Source: Octopus sinensis
Taxonomy: Eukaryota
NCBI RefSeq assembly: GCF_006345805.1
Contig: NC_043016.1
Span: 32,550,001-32,614,000 of the forward strand
Reading direction: 5' to 3'
Length of the DNA: 64,000 nucleotides
The notes beneath the pieces are model-generated. The model was not told where the DNA came from. It saw only the letters and a list, made by a program, of their open reading frames with translations, and did not search any database. Shown here in pieces: positions 1 to 13,385 of this stretch. Position numbers and translations under genes: made by a program. Position 1 is the stretch's first letter; each line of letters opens with the position of its first letter.

Positions 1-143
1 GGAAAGCATGAGGGCCTTAAAGGATGCAGTGTCATGGCAGTCAACAACTGACGCAGGCAGTTTATTCCATGCTTCAGCAACTCTGTCTGTCCTTGTTTGT
101 CCCCTCTGTGTTTAGCCCCTTGTGGGTAATAAAGAAATAGGTA

Positions 144-385
144 ATGATGACACTGATAATAATGATGTCAATGATAATGATGATAATGGTGATGATGATG
201 ACAATAATGATGATGTTCCTGATGATAATAACGACTGATGATGCTGATGACGGCGACAATGTTGATGATGATAACAAGGATGATGATAATGATAACGATA
301 ATGATGAGGAGGAGGAGGAGGACAATGCTGCTACCGCTGACGATGATGATGACAAAGATGGCAGTAGTGGTAGTGGAGTCATTAA
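144..385. repeat. Degenerate (GAT/AAT/GAG)n trinucleotide microsatellite
   Basis: Runs of gat/aat/gag triplets; explains the poly-D/N/I ORFs at 74-423. Confidence 0.9.
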
Positions 386-1760
386 TTAGATTTTCATTCC
401 TTACCTCATTTATATACATATGACGGTTCTGACATGGCCAATAAATTCTTTGGAAATGGCAAATCTAAGTAATTTGCATTCCTTTTCCTGATATTGACAG
501 AGTATTTCACTCTCATTTATATACATAGAATGTAAATATTTAAGTCTGCAAAAATTCAAAAAATTCTTAAGCATGATTCCAGTATCCTTATTTATTTCAA
601 CTGATCAAATTTTAAAAAAAATCTGGGACAACATTATCCCTAATTTAGTAATCTATTTTCTAAACTACCAAATTTGTCACCCTCCCTGCGCTCTCTCTTT
701 GAATCTGTCTATATTTTACATTCTTTTAATTTTGCCATAGTTGGTACTCCAAAGCAATACTGCCCCAAGCAAGAACTACTTTGGAGTTCTTCATTTCTAA
801 TCTAAGAAACATCCGTCATACTTCCTCATTCTTCATTCCAACAGCAGCACCACCATCACCACAGTCTTCTCCTCCCCCTCCATTCTGTACACAGCTGTCA
901 CAGCCACCTGGGGTTCCGTATACAGTTTATGACCCCCAATGTGAAAACAAACTAATTCAATCATTTAGTTTTTTTTTTTTTTATTTACATGAGGTAATGG
1001 TGGTGGTGTTTCCAATTCCGAATCTGTATTCCATTGGGTTGGCAGGCATAGTTTCTCCAAGAGTTTGCAAGATTTAAAACTTTTGCAGCAATAACAGCAG
1101 ACAAGGTTAGCCTCTACAGTTATTCAACCTGCTAGAAACAACAGTCAACTCTCTTCAAATAACATTCCACCATCTTGAAATAAGGAATGGAATGGACACA
1201 TAGAATAACATAGCCTTATATATCCCTACAAAGATGGGATGGTCACATTTGGAATGCCTTTGATGTAATGCCTCCTACAAATGTGTACCCTAAGGTTCAA
1301 GAATTCAACAAAACTGACACTCCATCTGCTACAAGTGTTTCAGTTAATCTGATCAACAGATATGATTATACCTGTAAAGGGAACTGGTTGCTTCTTTACA
1401 CTTTTGGGGTGCAACTTGGGTGCAACACAATTTCCTTTCTTTTTGTTTATAGAAACTACCAGTCAGGAACGAAACGCAAGTTTAAAAATATATATAATTC
1501 TTTATTTTCTTTGGTTCAACAATGAAACACGATGATATGCTGATATCCACCTAGTTCAACGCAACAAGGCTGAATTCAAACGTTTGTAAGCTTTACAACA
1601 ATTCAGCAGCAGTAGAACAGGTTAAATCCTAAGCGTCTGGGACAGGAGAATAGGCTGATCACAGGTTTCAAAATATACGTCCTTTCTCTTCTATCGCCGT
1701 GTCTCAAGTCCCCGATGCTATTAAGGAACGCTATGGAATTTATTCTTCAGTCTCTAGCGC

Positions 1761-2966
1761 ATGTGCATGAGGGAACTTCCTTATGCCTTTCTAGAAGGTT
1801 CCAGAAGGTTCCAACCCCGCACACGCACACTGAAGAAGGACGTTCCGCACAGGTACACTGAAGAATGACGTTGCGTGTGCGCACACTGGAACATGACGTC
1901 ACTACAAAGGTGACATTCCACACATGCACACTGAAGAATGACGTTGCGTGTGCACACACTGGAATATGACGTCACTACATACCCTTAAATAAGTTCTCAG
2001 GGAGACTCAGCATGACACAGAATGTGAAAAGGTTGGCCCTTTTCAATTACAGGTACAACTCATTTTTGCCAGCTAAGTGGTCTGGAGCAACCAAAAATAA
2101 AGTGTCTTGCTCAAGGGCACAATTAGCCACTGGGAATCAAACTCATGAGCTTATGGTCTTGTGTTGAATACCCTAATCTAGTGTATTCTCACCCTTTTTA
2201 TCCTTGTGTAACCCTTAAAATAAATTACATCTCTCAAGGAACCACTGCACAAAAAATTATATACAATATCTTTCTCATATTTTTCATCATAGTTCACATT
2301 GTAAATATATATGTGTGTGTGTATAAATATATGTGTGTGTGTATATATATATAATAAAATATTAGGGAGTAAATCCAAACTTACAGGGAAAAATCAGATT
2401 TAGGATTGAATCCAATTTTATAGTAAAATATTATATTATATTAAATTAGAGATAAAACCACTATTAGGCAAATCATACAATGAAAAACTTAAGCCAATAC
2501 ATAAGATTAATTAATTTATATTATTTAAATATATATCAAAATTATTAAAAAAGATAATTAATATAACACTACAATCGTTTCATGGCTGTTCAATTCTTAA
2601 AATTTTCGAGTTACAGTCATTCTTCAGGTGGTTTAAATATTTAACTTGGCGAGGTTTAATCAATGTATGATTTGCCTAATAGTGGTTTTATCTCTAATTT
2701 AATATAATATATATATATATATATAATATATTTCTTATTTAAGGGTATGTAGTGATGTCATGTTCCAGTGTGCGCACACGCAATGTCATTCTTCAGTGTG
2801 CGTGTGCAGAACGTCACCTTTGTAGTGACGTCATGTTCCAGTGTGCGCACACGCAACGTCATTCTTCAGTGTGCGTGTGCGCAACGTCCTTCTTCAGTGT
2901 GTGTGTGCGGGGTTGGAACCTTCTGGAACCTTCTGGAAAGGCATAAGGAAGTTCCCTCATGCACAT
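1761..2966. repeat. Pair of ~230-bp inverted repeats (1761-1993 and 2734-2966) around a ~740-bp spacer
   Basis: atgtgcatgagggaacttcc...tacatacccttaaataag is the reverse complement of cttatttaagggtatgta...ggaagttccctcatgcacat, with few mismatches. Each arm has internal sub-repeats (cacactgaagaatgacgtt...). Confidence 0.9.
2566..2631 (-). ncRNA. Minimal type I hammerhead ribozyme motif in a Penelope-type folded remnant (about 2346-2712)
   Basis: Minus strand reads ccac-CTGAAGA-atgactgt...acagccat-GAAAC-gatt-GTA-gtgt. Flanked by inverted arms at about 2433-2482 and 2660-2712. Stem I is imperfect. Confidence 0.55.
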
Positions 2967-2995
2967 ATAATAATATAATATATATATATATATAA

Positions 2996-3996
2996 CATAA
3001 AAGCAACATCCGTTCGTGTCCATTGCCAGCCTCGCGTGGCCCCCGTGCCGGTGACACGTAAAAGCACCATCCGTTCGTGGCCGATTGCCAGCTCTGTCTG
3101 GCCCCCGTGTCGGTGGCACGTAAAAGCACCATCCGTTCGTGGCCGTTTGCCAGCTTTGTCTGGCCCACGTGTCGGTGGCACGTAAAAGCACCATCCGTTC
3201 GTGTCCATTGCCAGCCTTGCCTGGCCCCCGTTCCGGTGACACGTAAAAGCACCATCCGTTCGTGGCCGTTTGCCAGCTCTGTCTGGCCCCCGTGTCGGTG
3301 GCACGTAAAAGCACCATCCGTTCGTGTCCATTGCCAGCCTCGCCTGGCCCCCGTGCCAGTGACACGTAAAAGCACCATCCGTTCGTGGCAGTTTGCCAGC
3401 TCTGTCTGGCCCCCGTGTCGGTGGCACGTAAAAGCACCATCCGTTCGTGGCAGTTTGCCAGCTTTGTCTGGCCTACGTGTCGGTGGCACGTAAAAGCACC
3501 ATCCGTTCGTGTCCATTGCCAGCCTCGCCTGGCCCCCATGCCGGTGACACGTAAAAGCACCATCCGTTCGTGGCCGTTTGCCAGCTCTGTCTGGCCCCCG
3601 TGTCGGTGGCACGTAAAAGCACCATCCGTTCGTGTCCATTGCCAGCCTCGCCTGGACCCCGTGCCAGTGACACGTAAAAGCACCATCCATTCGTGGCCGT
3701 TTGCCAGCTTGTCTGGCCCACGTGTCGGTGGCACGTAAAAGCACCATCCGTTCGTGGCAGTTTGCCAGCTCTGTCTGGCCCCCGTGTCGGTGGCACATAA
3801 AAGCACCATCCATTTGTATCCTTTGCCAGCCTCGCCTGGCCCCCATGCCGGTGACACGTAAAAGCACCATCCGTTCGTGGCCGTTTGCCAGCTCTGTCTG
3901 GCCCCCGCGTCGGTGGCACGTAAAAGCACCATCCGTTCGTGTCCGTTGCCAGCCTCGCCTGGCCCCCATGCCGGTGACACATAAAAGCACCATCCG
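2996..3996 (+). repeat. Minisatellite of 16 units of 61/62 bp inside an RTE 3' UTR copy (tail to about 4116)
   Basis: Unit cacgtaaaagcaccatccgttcgtg...ggtgg/ggtga. It runs into ...aaccgtccaacccatgctagcatggaaagcggacgctaaa(tga)n, the same tail as the RTE at 55085-56493. Confidence 0.95.
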
Positions 3997-4544
3997 TAGA
4001 AACACTGCCAGATTCTGACTGGGCCTGACGAAGCCTTCCAGCTTCACAGACCCCAGTTGAACCGTCCAACCCATGCTAGCATGGAAAGCGGACGCTAAAT
4101 GATGATGATGATGATGATATATAGATATATATATATATATATATATATATAAGATAGATAGATACATATACATACATACATACATATATATAATTATATA
4201 TTATGAAATTAGCATTGGGTCCTGGGGCACCTGGTTGTAAAACGCTGCCACAAAATCGTTACCTATCCATATAACTGTTTCCATTAGAATGTCATTCAAA
4301 CTTGAGCACATTTTACCCCAATTTATTCAGTTTTAGAACTTGTCTAAGTTCCCTGGACATTAGTGTGTGGAGTCCTAGGACTCCTCAGTCCAGTTAACTA
4401 GTTTCATGGCATTTATGTGACCAAGAGCAAGGCTTTCCACATGAACAGGACATCAGTTCATTTTTAGAGTTTCTTATTTACAAATGAGTGATGTAGAGGA
4501 ATGTAAAATGAAGTGTTTTGCTTAAGAACACAATGCTATTTCTT

Positions 4545-4762
4545 TACTACCCACAAGGGGCTAAACACAGAGGGGACAAACAAACGGATTAAGTCGATTA
4601 CATCGCCCCCAGTGTATAACTGGTACTTAATTTATCGACCCCGAAAGGATGAAAGGCAAAGTCGACCTTGGCGGAATTTGAACTCAGAACGTAACATAAG
4701 ACGAAATACGGCTACGCATTTCACCCAGCGTGCTAACGATTCTGCCAGCTCGCTGCCTAAAG
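4545..4762 (-). mobile_element. tRNA-derived SINE with Deu/Nin-like domain (family B); further copies near 6630, 7555, 16500, 22540, 29510, 36260, 36925
   Basis: Minus strand contains gttctgagttcaaattccgccaaggtcgactttgcctttcatcctttcggggtcgataaattaagtaccag, which recurs many times in the window. It resembles the Deu/Nin SINE core as I recall it. Confidence 0.75.
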
Positions 4763-5179
4763 AGCTCAATGCATCACCCGGTCTGGGAATTGAAAATTCA
4801 AACCTTATGACCATGGGTCCAACACCCTACCCACTAAACCACACTCCTCCACTTTCATTATTGTGAAAGAGTTGTATTTACTCACCTTTGGCTTTCTTGG
4901 CAATGCATAAAATTTCATCATGTGGTGAGGCTCCAGCCAGGGAGTGCAAGATGATTTTTTTTTTTTTTGGTAGTGGTGGAGAGTATCAAATTATGCCCTA
5001 CTCTCTCCTCCTTACTCACCTGGCTCTGCATTGGGGTACTTGTACTTGTGGAAAGTTTCGGTTATGGACCAAATAGCAGACATGGTCCAATGGGTATGGC
5101 ATGCAAGACTCAGAAGAACTGAAAGAAGCCCATTCTGTATATCCGAGACCCCCTTCTGTCACGACACAGACCATGGGAT

Positions 5180-5472
5180 TGCACCTAGAAAGTTACCCTC
5201 CCAGGCACAAGTCCAGGTAAGGTTGTTTATGGAAGACCAGCAGTCACCCACACATACCGGCCTCCCCTCTCCATGCCACCAGTGTTATCCAAGGGAAAGG
5301 CAAAGGGGCCGATACAGTTTGGCACCAGTGACATCGCAACTCATTTCTACAGCTGAGTAAACTGGAGCAACGTGAAATAAAGTGTCTTGCTCAAGAACAC
5401 AACACGCAGCCTGGTCCGGGATTCGAGTTCACAACCTCACGATCATAAGCTTGACACTCTAACCACTGAGCC
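5180..5472 (-). mobile_element. tRNA-headed SINE (family C); related pieces at about 2000-2180, 15050-15330, 16180-16330
   Basis: Minus-strand head ggctcagtggttagagtgtcaagc...gaactcgaatcccggacc (A- and B-box-like), followed by gtgttcttgagcaagacactttatttcacgttgctccag shared with the other copies. Confidence 0.65.
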
Positions 5473-5490
5473 TTCACCTATTCTATATAT

Positions 5491-5542
<52 letters not shown>

Positions 5543-5545
5543 AAA

Positions 5546-5935
5546 TGTGACTGTGTGGTAAAAAGCTTCCCAACCACATGGTTCTGGATTCAGTTCTATT
5601 GTGTGGCACCTTCGGCAAGTGTCTTCTTCCACAGCCTCAGGCTGACCAAAGCCTTGTGAGTGCATTTAGTAGATGGAAACTGAAAGCCCATCATATACAT
5701 GTATATATTTATAGGTGTGTGTCTTTGTGTCTGTGTTTGTCCCACCAACCATTGCTTGACAACCAGTGCTGGTGTGTTTACGTCCCCGCAACTTAGCAGT
5801 TTGTCAAAAGTAACCGATAGAATAAGTACTAGGCTTACAAAGAATAAATGCTGGGGTCGATTTTTTTTTTACTAAAACCATTTACGGTAGTGCTCCAGCA
5901 TGGCCACAAAATCAAATGTTTGAATCAAGTAAAAG
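5546..5935 (+). mobile_element. SINE family A copy
   Basis: tggctgtgtggtaag...gggttcagtcccactg head, ccttgggcaagtgtctt body, internal (TA/TG)n and ccagcatggcc...gaaacaagtaaaaga tail; dispersed through the window. Confidence 0.8.
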
Positions 5936-6829
5936 AATATATATATACATGGGCGTGTGTGTGTTGCGTCTGTGTTTGTTCACCACCACAACCACCACCA
6001 GTATTGGTGTGTTTATGTCCTCTATAACTTAGCGGTTCGGCAAAAGACACCCATAGAATAAGTAGCAGGCTTAGAAAAAAAGTACTGGGGTCGATTCACC
6101 CAACTATAAATTCTTCAAGGCGGTGCCCCAGCATGGCCGCAGTCTAATGATTGCAAAAACAAGTAAAAAGTAAAAGAGTAAATTATAGAAGACCTCTGTC
6201 TCTTTTTTTAATTTTTTTATTACGAAGGTTGGAGCTTTATGTAGTTGGACCTTATTGTTGATTACAATTTAAAATAAATTCAATATACCGAAATTGATAA
6301 ACCAAAATTTAAGGACTAATTGAAAGCATTAAAGGAAGATGAGTAAAAATGAAGGGGTATTGACCAAAAAAAAATGAAAACTCAAAAAAAGACATTTAGA
6401 ATTATCTCCCTTACTCAAAAAGATGGAAGCTTTTTTTTTTTATTACGTATATAGTTAATCAACCTGTTAAAAATAGCAGCTAAGTCTCTCTTAAAATTCA
6501 TATATTAAAAAACAATTGTAGAATAGATACGTTGTGAATGTGTGTACCTTATATAAAGTAGACTGGGAATTTAGGGTAAGGGGCAGCACATACACAAGCA
6601 CATATATTAATCCTTATTATTGACAGTATCGTTAGCACACGGGGTAAAATGTTTAGTGGCATTTCCTCATTCTTCCCATTTTGAGTTCAAATTCCACTGA
6701 GGTAGACTTTACCTATCATCCTTTCTGGGTTGATAAAATAAAAACTAGTTAAACACTGGGGTCGATTTAATTCACTTAATTCCTCCCTCGAAATTGTTGG
6801 CCTAGCACCAAAATTTGAAATCATTATCA

Positions 6830-7085
6830 TCGTTATTATTTTGGTTAGTCTCAGGTTTGGTTTTATTACTGGCAAGAATTATGTGGGAAGTGGATTACTA
6901 CCGGTAACTTTGGGTATCCACAAGATCTCAGTTGCCTTTCAAGTGTTTAGAATCCTGATAATCCTTGCTGTCCATAAGAGACAAACTTTCTGTAGGAGTT
7001 CTACCAGGCATTCTATTTCAATCTCCTTCAGCCATTTGTCTATGAGGTTGTATGGTGGATAAGGCTGAAATAAATGAATACAGAT
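6830..7085 (-). mobile_element. 3' remnant of an R4/Dong-like (restriction-like endonuclease) non-LTR retrotransposon
   Basis: Frameshifted minus-strand peptide ISALSTI..IDKWLKEI..IECLVELLQKVCLLWTARIIRILNT* (stop 6939-6941) resembles the LQKAxLLGTARIxR C-terminus. A short UTR ends in AAT-like repeats. Confidence 0.5.
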
Positions 7086-9624
7086 ACATTCCTCTTTTGG
7101 TGGAACTCTCATTGACTGAGAGTGGAGAGGGAAGTGCTGTCCTCGAGTGAGTTTATTGAAAGGTGAGTGAAAGATGCGAAAATTGCGAGAGTGGATGGTA
7201 CCTCTCTAAGTGTAGACCTGTGAGTCGGAGAGAAGGAATTGGAGAGGGCACTTGCTCTTGGTATTTCAGGGAAACCTCGGACAGTAGGGTTCCTTGATTA
7301 TCCCTCGAGGCCTTACTGTATCAGGAGGGCCACATCGCTACCATCTTCCCTGCTACTTCTTTTTATAAAGCTTTGTATGCTAAGCATATGTTCCTTCTTT
7401 TTCAGTGTATACTTAATTTCTTTCTTTCCCTTTTTTAATCATTTCATTATATGTAAACCCCAACACTTTATGTCTGTCTTTGTATTGTCCCCTCATCCTT
7501 CACCCTTGTGGCAAATAAATGAAATCATTATTATTATCATCATTACTATTAAGATGATGAGCTGGAAGAATTGTTAGCACACCAGGTGAAATGCTTAGTG
7601 ATATTTCATCTGATATTTCTGGGTTCAAATTCCACCGAGGCAACTTGCCTTTCAACCTTTCAGGGTCGATAAAATAAGTATCTGTTGTGCACTGGGGTTG
7701 ATGCAATCAATTTATTATTATTGAGTGAGAGAGCAGTGCATGCCATTAAAGTGACATTGGGATACAATTATACAAAGCCCAATATACCCATCATGATCAC
7801 TCGTCTGATAAGGACACACCAGGCACATGCATCACAACCATATGTGCGCGACATGGTGATCTCATATCACGCTAAACAGCACATGACCTTGCAGATGGGG
7901 CCCAGTTAGAATTTTCTTCTGGTCGAGTAACCCATCCCATTCAAAAGGTCCCTGAATAAGGGTTGTTTGAATGAACCACCCATGTTTCCAGACATGAATT
8001 ATTCAAATCCCAAAGAATTCCTCTCAACACATGGCTATGGTGCTCTCCTACTGCTTCCACTCATGATTAGAGATGCACATATCATCAGCCAGCAAGGAAC
8101 ATGCTCGACTAGTTAACTGTGGTATTGAGCAGAATATTTGCTGTAGCCCATCTTTTAAACTAAGAGAAAACAATGTACATGATAACACCTCCAATCAGTT
8201 AAGAACATTATTATTATTATTAAATATAATGGAAACTTAAAAAATGGTGATCATGCTCTACTTGCAATGCATGAGTGTATCAAATAAGATGATGGTAAAG
8301 ACGAAGTAAGAATTGGATCAAAAGTGACAGAGTAACAAAAGTAATAGAAATTTTTAAAATAAGCACAGGAGTGACTGTGAGGTAAGAAGCTTGCTTCCTA
8401 ATCATATAGTTCTGGGTTCTATCCTACTACATAGCAGCAACTTGGGCAAGTGTCTTCTACTATAGCTTCCGGCCAACTAAAGCTTTGTGAGTGGATTTTG
8501 TAGACAGAAACTGAAAGAAGTCCATTGTATATATATGTATATATATATATGTATATATATCTGTGTGTGTGTCAAAAAAAAAACCATCAACAAGTACTCA
8601 CAACCAATTCAATATCATGGTTACTACATCATTAGTTCAAAAATTCTTTAAACTCCTTGAAAAGGATTTTCTTTTAAATGGTGTATAAGCAAAAATCTCC
8701 AACAAATATAATATTCAATTATCACACTCAACTACTCTAAACTTTGACTAAAATTTAGCCTTTTAAAATTGGTAAGCAGAAAAAAAAATCAACAACAAAC
8801 AACATGTCAACCTTTTGTAACTGTACTAATGCCAATCTCCTACCCTCTGGACTAAAACTACATGGTTAAATGTGTTGTGTACCAATGTACAGAGATCATT
8901 ATCCACAAATCTAAAGGTCTATGTTGTTATAGTTTCAAACCCTTTTAAATCTAGATTTAATTTCCACATGCATTCCTTTAGAAAACTAAATAAACAGCTA
9001 TACTTTCTAGAGCAAAAGCCATATCCTTAGAGAAAAATAAATTGTGTAGTTTTTGTACCATGCAGAGTATTCATATACTGTCTGCAAAAAAAGTTTCTTT
9101 ACTCACTAGCATTCCAAAAGAATTTCATCTCACATTCATGGACATTTCAGATCGTACAAATATCTTCAGTTAGTTGGTTTCTCACACCATTCCTCAACAT
9201 TCAAATGACGGAGTGTATTTTTTCTCCTCAGTTCCCTTCTGTAGTCTTTCTTAACTACTTAACTATTCAGCCTCTCCAATCTTTATGTGTGTGTGCATGC
9301 ATGTGAGCATGTATATATATATATAGAACAATGAAAGCACTTACACACAATACATTAAAGTTTATTCTAAAAGGGTTATGCCATTGCTTTTAAAAAAAAA
9401 ATGTTTTTTAATCTTTCTTTAAACACTGAGACAGTATCAAGTAATGTTCGCAAAAACTTTTAAATATATATCCATGTGTGCATGTGTATGCAGTGTGTGT
9501 ATGTATGCATGCATGCATGGATGTGTGCAGTGTGTGTGCATGTGTTTGAATGCACGTGCATGTAATATGTGCATGTGTGTTTGCATGTACATTTGTATGT
9601 ACATAAATTACACTTCATATTCAA

Positions 9625-9705
9625 GGCTCTGATGAAGCTATAAGGTTTTACTCAGGCACCCACCTATGTGCCCACTGCATCTTAGAGCAGAAACAGCTGT
9701 AAGCC
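9625..9705 (+). ncRNA. Type I hammerhead ribozyme motif with extended stem II
   Basis: ggct-CTGATGA-a-gctataag...cttagagc-a-GAAAC-agct-GTA-agcc. Stem I is ggct/agcc, stem III is palindromic (acagctgt), and loop II holds an internal ggcac/gtgcc hairpin. Confidence 0.6.
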
Positions 9706-10460
9706 AATGAAGTTCATAAAACAATCATTTATTCCTTACGCACACATTGCATGTACGGCTTTCACATTAATCATAGTTATGTCCCTTCAATGTCATTTTT
9801 CACCTGTTCCAGCGTGAGTGTTACCTCCAATGATCTTAATTAACTTTGTTATGATATTATCTCACACCAACTGTTACCCTAACCAGCCTGATCCATTTCA
9901 TCTATCTTTACAATCTGTACAACAACAGTTTTACAGCACAATTATTGTAATCCTGTCCTGTCATTGAGTTTCTTGGAATTTGTTTTATTTTCTTGTTTGT
10001 TTATGTATGTGTTGTTTGTTCGCACTTGTGTTGTGGTTTTCTTTTTTCTGCTTTCGTAGCTGTGTTTGTCATATAAACACAGTTCTACTAATACTCACGT
10101 TTCACCTATACCTTGATCTAGTTAGATACCCCGAGGAGCAGTAAAAGAAACATGGTGGTAGTTATGTAAATGTTGTTCATCTCAAATAAATAAATGAATA
10201 AATAATTAAATATATTTCCTCTATATAGGAAATTGTACAGAGTAATTTTCTACTGAGAGTGACTACATTTGTTCATGTGTGTGTGTGGTGTGTGTGTGTG
10301 TGTGTGTGTTCCTAAGTGTATACAGATGAATAAATAAGATAGATGAAAGAGTAAGTTAGAGGGATAGATAGACAGATTGATAGATAGTTAGGTTATACAT
10401 ATATAGAAAGAGAGTAAAAAACTGCTTGAGAGAGAGAGAGAGTACACTAGTGAGAGAGGC

Positions 10461-10491
<31 letters not shown>

Positions 10492-10552
10492 ACAAGATTC
10501 CCATCAAATAGTGGTAGCATTAGTAGTAGTAGTAGCAGAAGCAGCAGTAGAA

Positions 10553-10597
<45 letters not shown>

Positions 10598-10943
10598 CAC
10601 AATAAGAAATAGTTTGGTTACAAACAGTGGAAAAGACTTAGTGTTTATTGTCTTCTAACAACATGGCTAGATTAATGATTTTTCTTTGTAGGGTTAGGGT
10701 GAGGATATGGCTGTCCTTCTAGAGCTGGTACTCATGGACAAAAATAATCCACCCCTGTACACTAAGCAAGGCGGTTGGTGTTAGCAAGGACATCCAGCTG
10801 TAGGAACAAAGCTGAAATAATATGGGAATACGATGAAGTGTCTCTGACCTGTTAGCAGAGCAGTATACTAAAATAAATGCTTGAACTCTCTCTAACTGGG
10901 AGAAATGTTCAACCCATGCCAACAAGGAAAGTGGGTGTAAAAA

Positions 10944-10988
<45 letters not shown>

Positions 10989-10993
10989 GGTGG

Positions 10994-11035
<42 letters not shown>

Positions 11036-11321
11036 GGAGGAGGAGGAGGAGGAGGAGGAGGAGGATAATGATTGATAATGATATTTTTTTTTTTGTTTAA
11101 TTCAAATTATGATAAATGTAAACAAAGTTTGCTTTTAGAAGTGCTGAGATGTATTGAAAGATACAGATAAGGAAATAATCTATTCTCAAACACAGAATAC
11201 TACTGATAGTACAGCAGGAACAGGATAAAATATCCATATTTTTTGTTTGTTTTTATACATTTTTCCTTTTCCATTCTGGCATAGGTTAGATGATTATATT
11301 ATTAAAATATAACATAGGTGA

Positions 11322-11680
11322 TAGGCACAGGTGTGGCTGTGTGGTAAGAAGTTTGCTTCCCAAACACATGGTCCCGACCAGGTTCAGTCTCACTGGATGG
11401 CACCTTGGACTGATCAAAGCCTTATGTAGATTTGGTAGACAAAAACTGAAAAAAGCCCATCATGTACATATATGTGTGTGTGGTTTTGTCCTCTCTTCCC
11501 ACCACCACTTGACAACCGGTGTGTTTATGTCCCAGTAACTTAGTGGTACAGTAAAAGAGGCCAACAGAATTAATACCAGGTATAAAAATAAGTACTGGGA
11601 TTGATGCTCTCAACTAAAATAATTCTTTAGGGTGATGCCCCAGCCTGGCCAGTCTAATAACTGAAACAAGTAAAGGGTAA
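11322..11680 (+). mobile_element. SINE family A copy (diverged)
   Basis: Same head, body and tail as 14232-14630. Confidence 0.8.
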
Positions 11681-12209
11681 ACAATATACACGTACACACA
11701 CATATTTAAGGGATGCTATATATATCTGTCTGTATGTGAGTGTATCTCCTATCTTCCATTTTCACAGACATTCTTTTTACTTGTTCCTGACTAGTCAAAA
11801 GACTGCATTCGTTTAGATTAAACTATACTATATTCAGTTTGTTTAATTCTTCAACTTGCCTGTATGTTATTGTCTTTTGTGCTTCATGCCTTCAGACTTT
11901 AATCATATTGTGCATCATCTCAGTGATGCTTGTTCTAAAGATAAGTGATACTGTTGGCTATATGAACCAAAACCATCATGCTGTTTGATCCTACAGCTGA
12001 CAAGATTTATCATTAACTGGTTTTATGTTGACTTTGAGTATGTGCATTTATGAGTTTGTGCATGTGTGTGCATGTATACATATACACACACATAAAACAT
12101 ACACTGATGCACACACACACACACAAATATACACATTCACACATATGTAATATATGCATATGTATATTTGTATGCATTTCATCCAATCCATTCTCCATGG
12201 TGGCATGGG

Positions 12210-12271
<62 letters not shown>

Positions 12272-13119
12272 CAGATACATATGTTATACACACACCAAAT
12301 AGACACAAATGTATTTTCATATATGTACATGTATGCACACACACAGATACATCATATATACATTTATATATGTGTGTGTGTGTGTGTGTGGATACACATG
12401 TGAGAGAGTGTGAGAGGAATTTAGAGAGAGGTGTTGGGGAGGGGGTAACATAAAGAGAAATGTTTTATATTTTAAATGTGGAGTGTGTAAAGTATGAGGA
12501 AAGATAACTGACAAAAAAGAAAAAAAAAAGTGTTTAGGGTCACCTTCTTGTAGAGTTCTGTGAACATAAAGAACCACACCCCTTTCTATTAGTTTATCTC
12601 TTTTCAGCTATATTTAGTGCAACAATGGTACCAGGGTGGAGGGAGGGGGAGGGGTGAAAAGCAACTGGATAGGGTCAATGAGAGAAAAAAAAAGCTAGAG
12701 ATAAGAGAAAGGTAGATGATGTGTGGTGGTGGCAGTGGTGGTGGTGGTGGTGGTGGTGGAGAAAGAGGAAAGAACAGAAAACAAGGTGTTACATAATTTC
12801 AGTGAAGGTGTTGGTAGGTAGTCATCACACCACACACACACACACACACGTACAGAATGCATGTACATACATAGATGTTCGTACACACACACACACACAC
12901 ACACACATGCAATAAATACACGCATCAACATGCATTAATTGACCTACACACACATGCACACAAGACTATTAGCTGTACTTTCTTTTCCTTTAGTGTGAAT
13001 GTTCTCTAGCAATATTAATAATAACAACAATAATAATGATAATAATCAGAAGAATTCTTGTACTATAGGTACAACACCATAATAAAAATAACAACAGCAT
13101 GATAATAATAATAATAATA

Positions 13120-13173
13120 TATATATATATACACATACAAATATACACAATATATATATACACACACACAATG

Positions 13174-13238
<65 letters not shown>

Positions 13239-13293
13239 TATATATATATGTATATATATAGTATATATATGTATATATATATATACGATATAT

Positions 13294-13334
<41 letters not shown>

Positions 13335-13385
13335 AATATATATACATACACCACACACACACACACACACACACATACACATTCA
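13120..13385. repeat. (TA)n/(CA)n microsatellite
   Basis: Direct reading; source of the YIYI ORFs. Confidence 0.95.

Noticed and set aside
2859-4185. Long ORFs (373 and 439 aa) on the minus strand
   Set aside because: They are translations of the 61/62-bp tandem array; open frames arise from repeat composition, with no domain signature.
5013-5120. GTGAGT donor-like site on the minus strand as a candidate next Jagged exon
   Set aside because: No frame gives EGF cysteine spacing. The expected ~131-nt EGF exon was not found in 1-18161 and probably lies outside the window.
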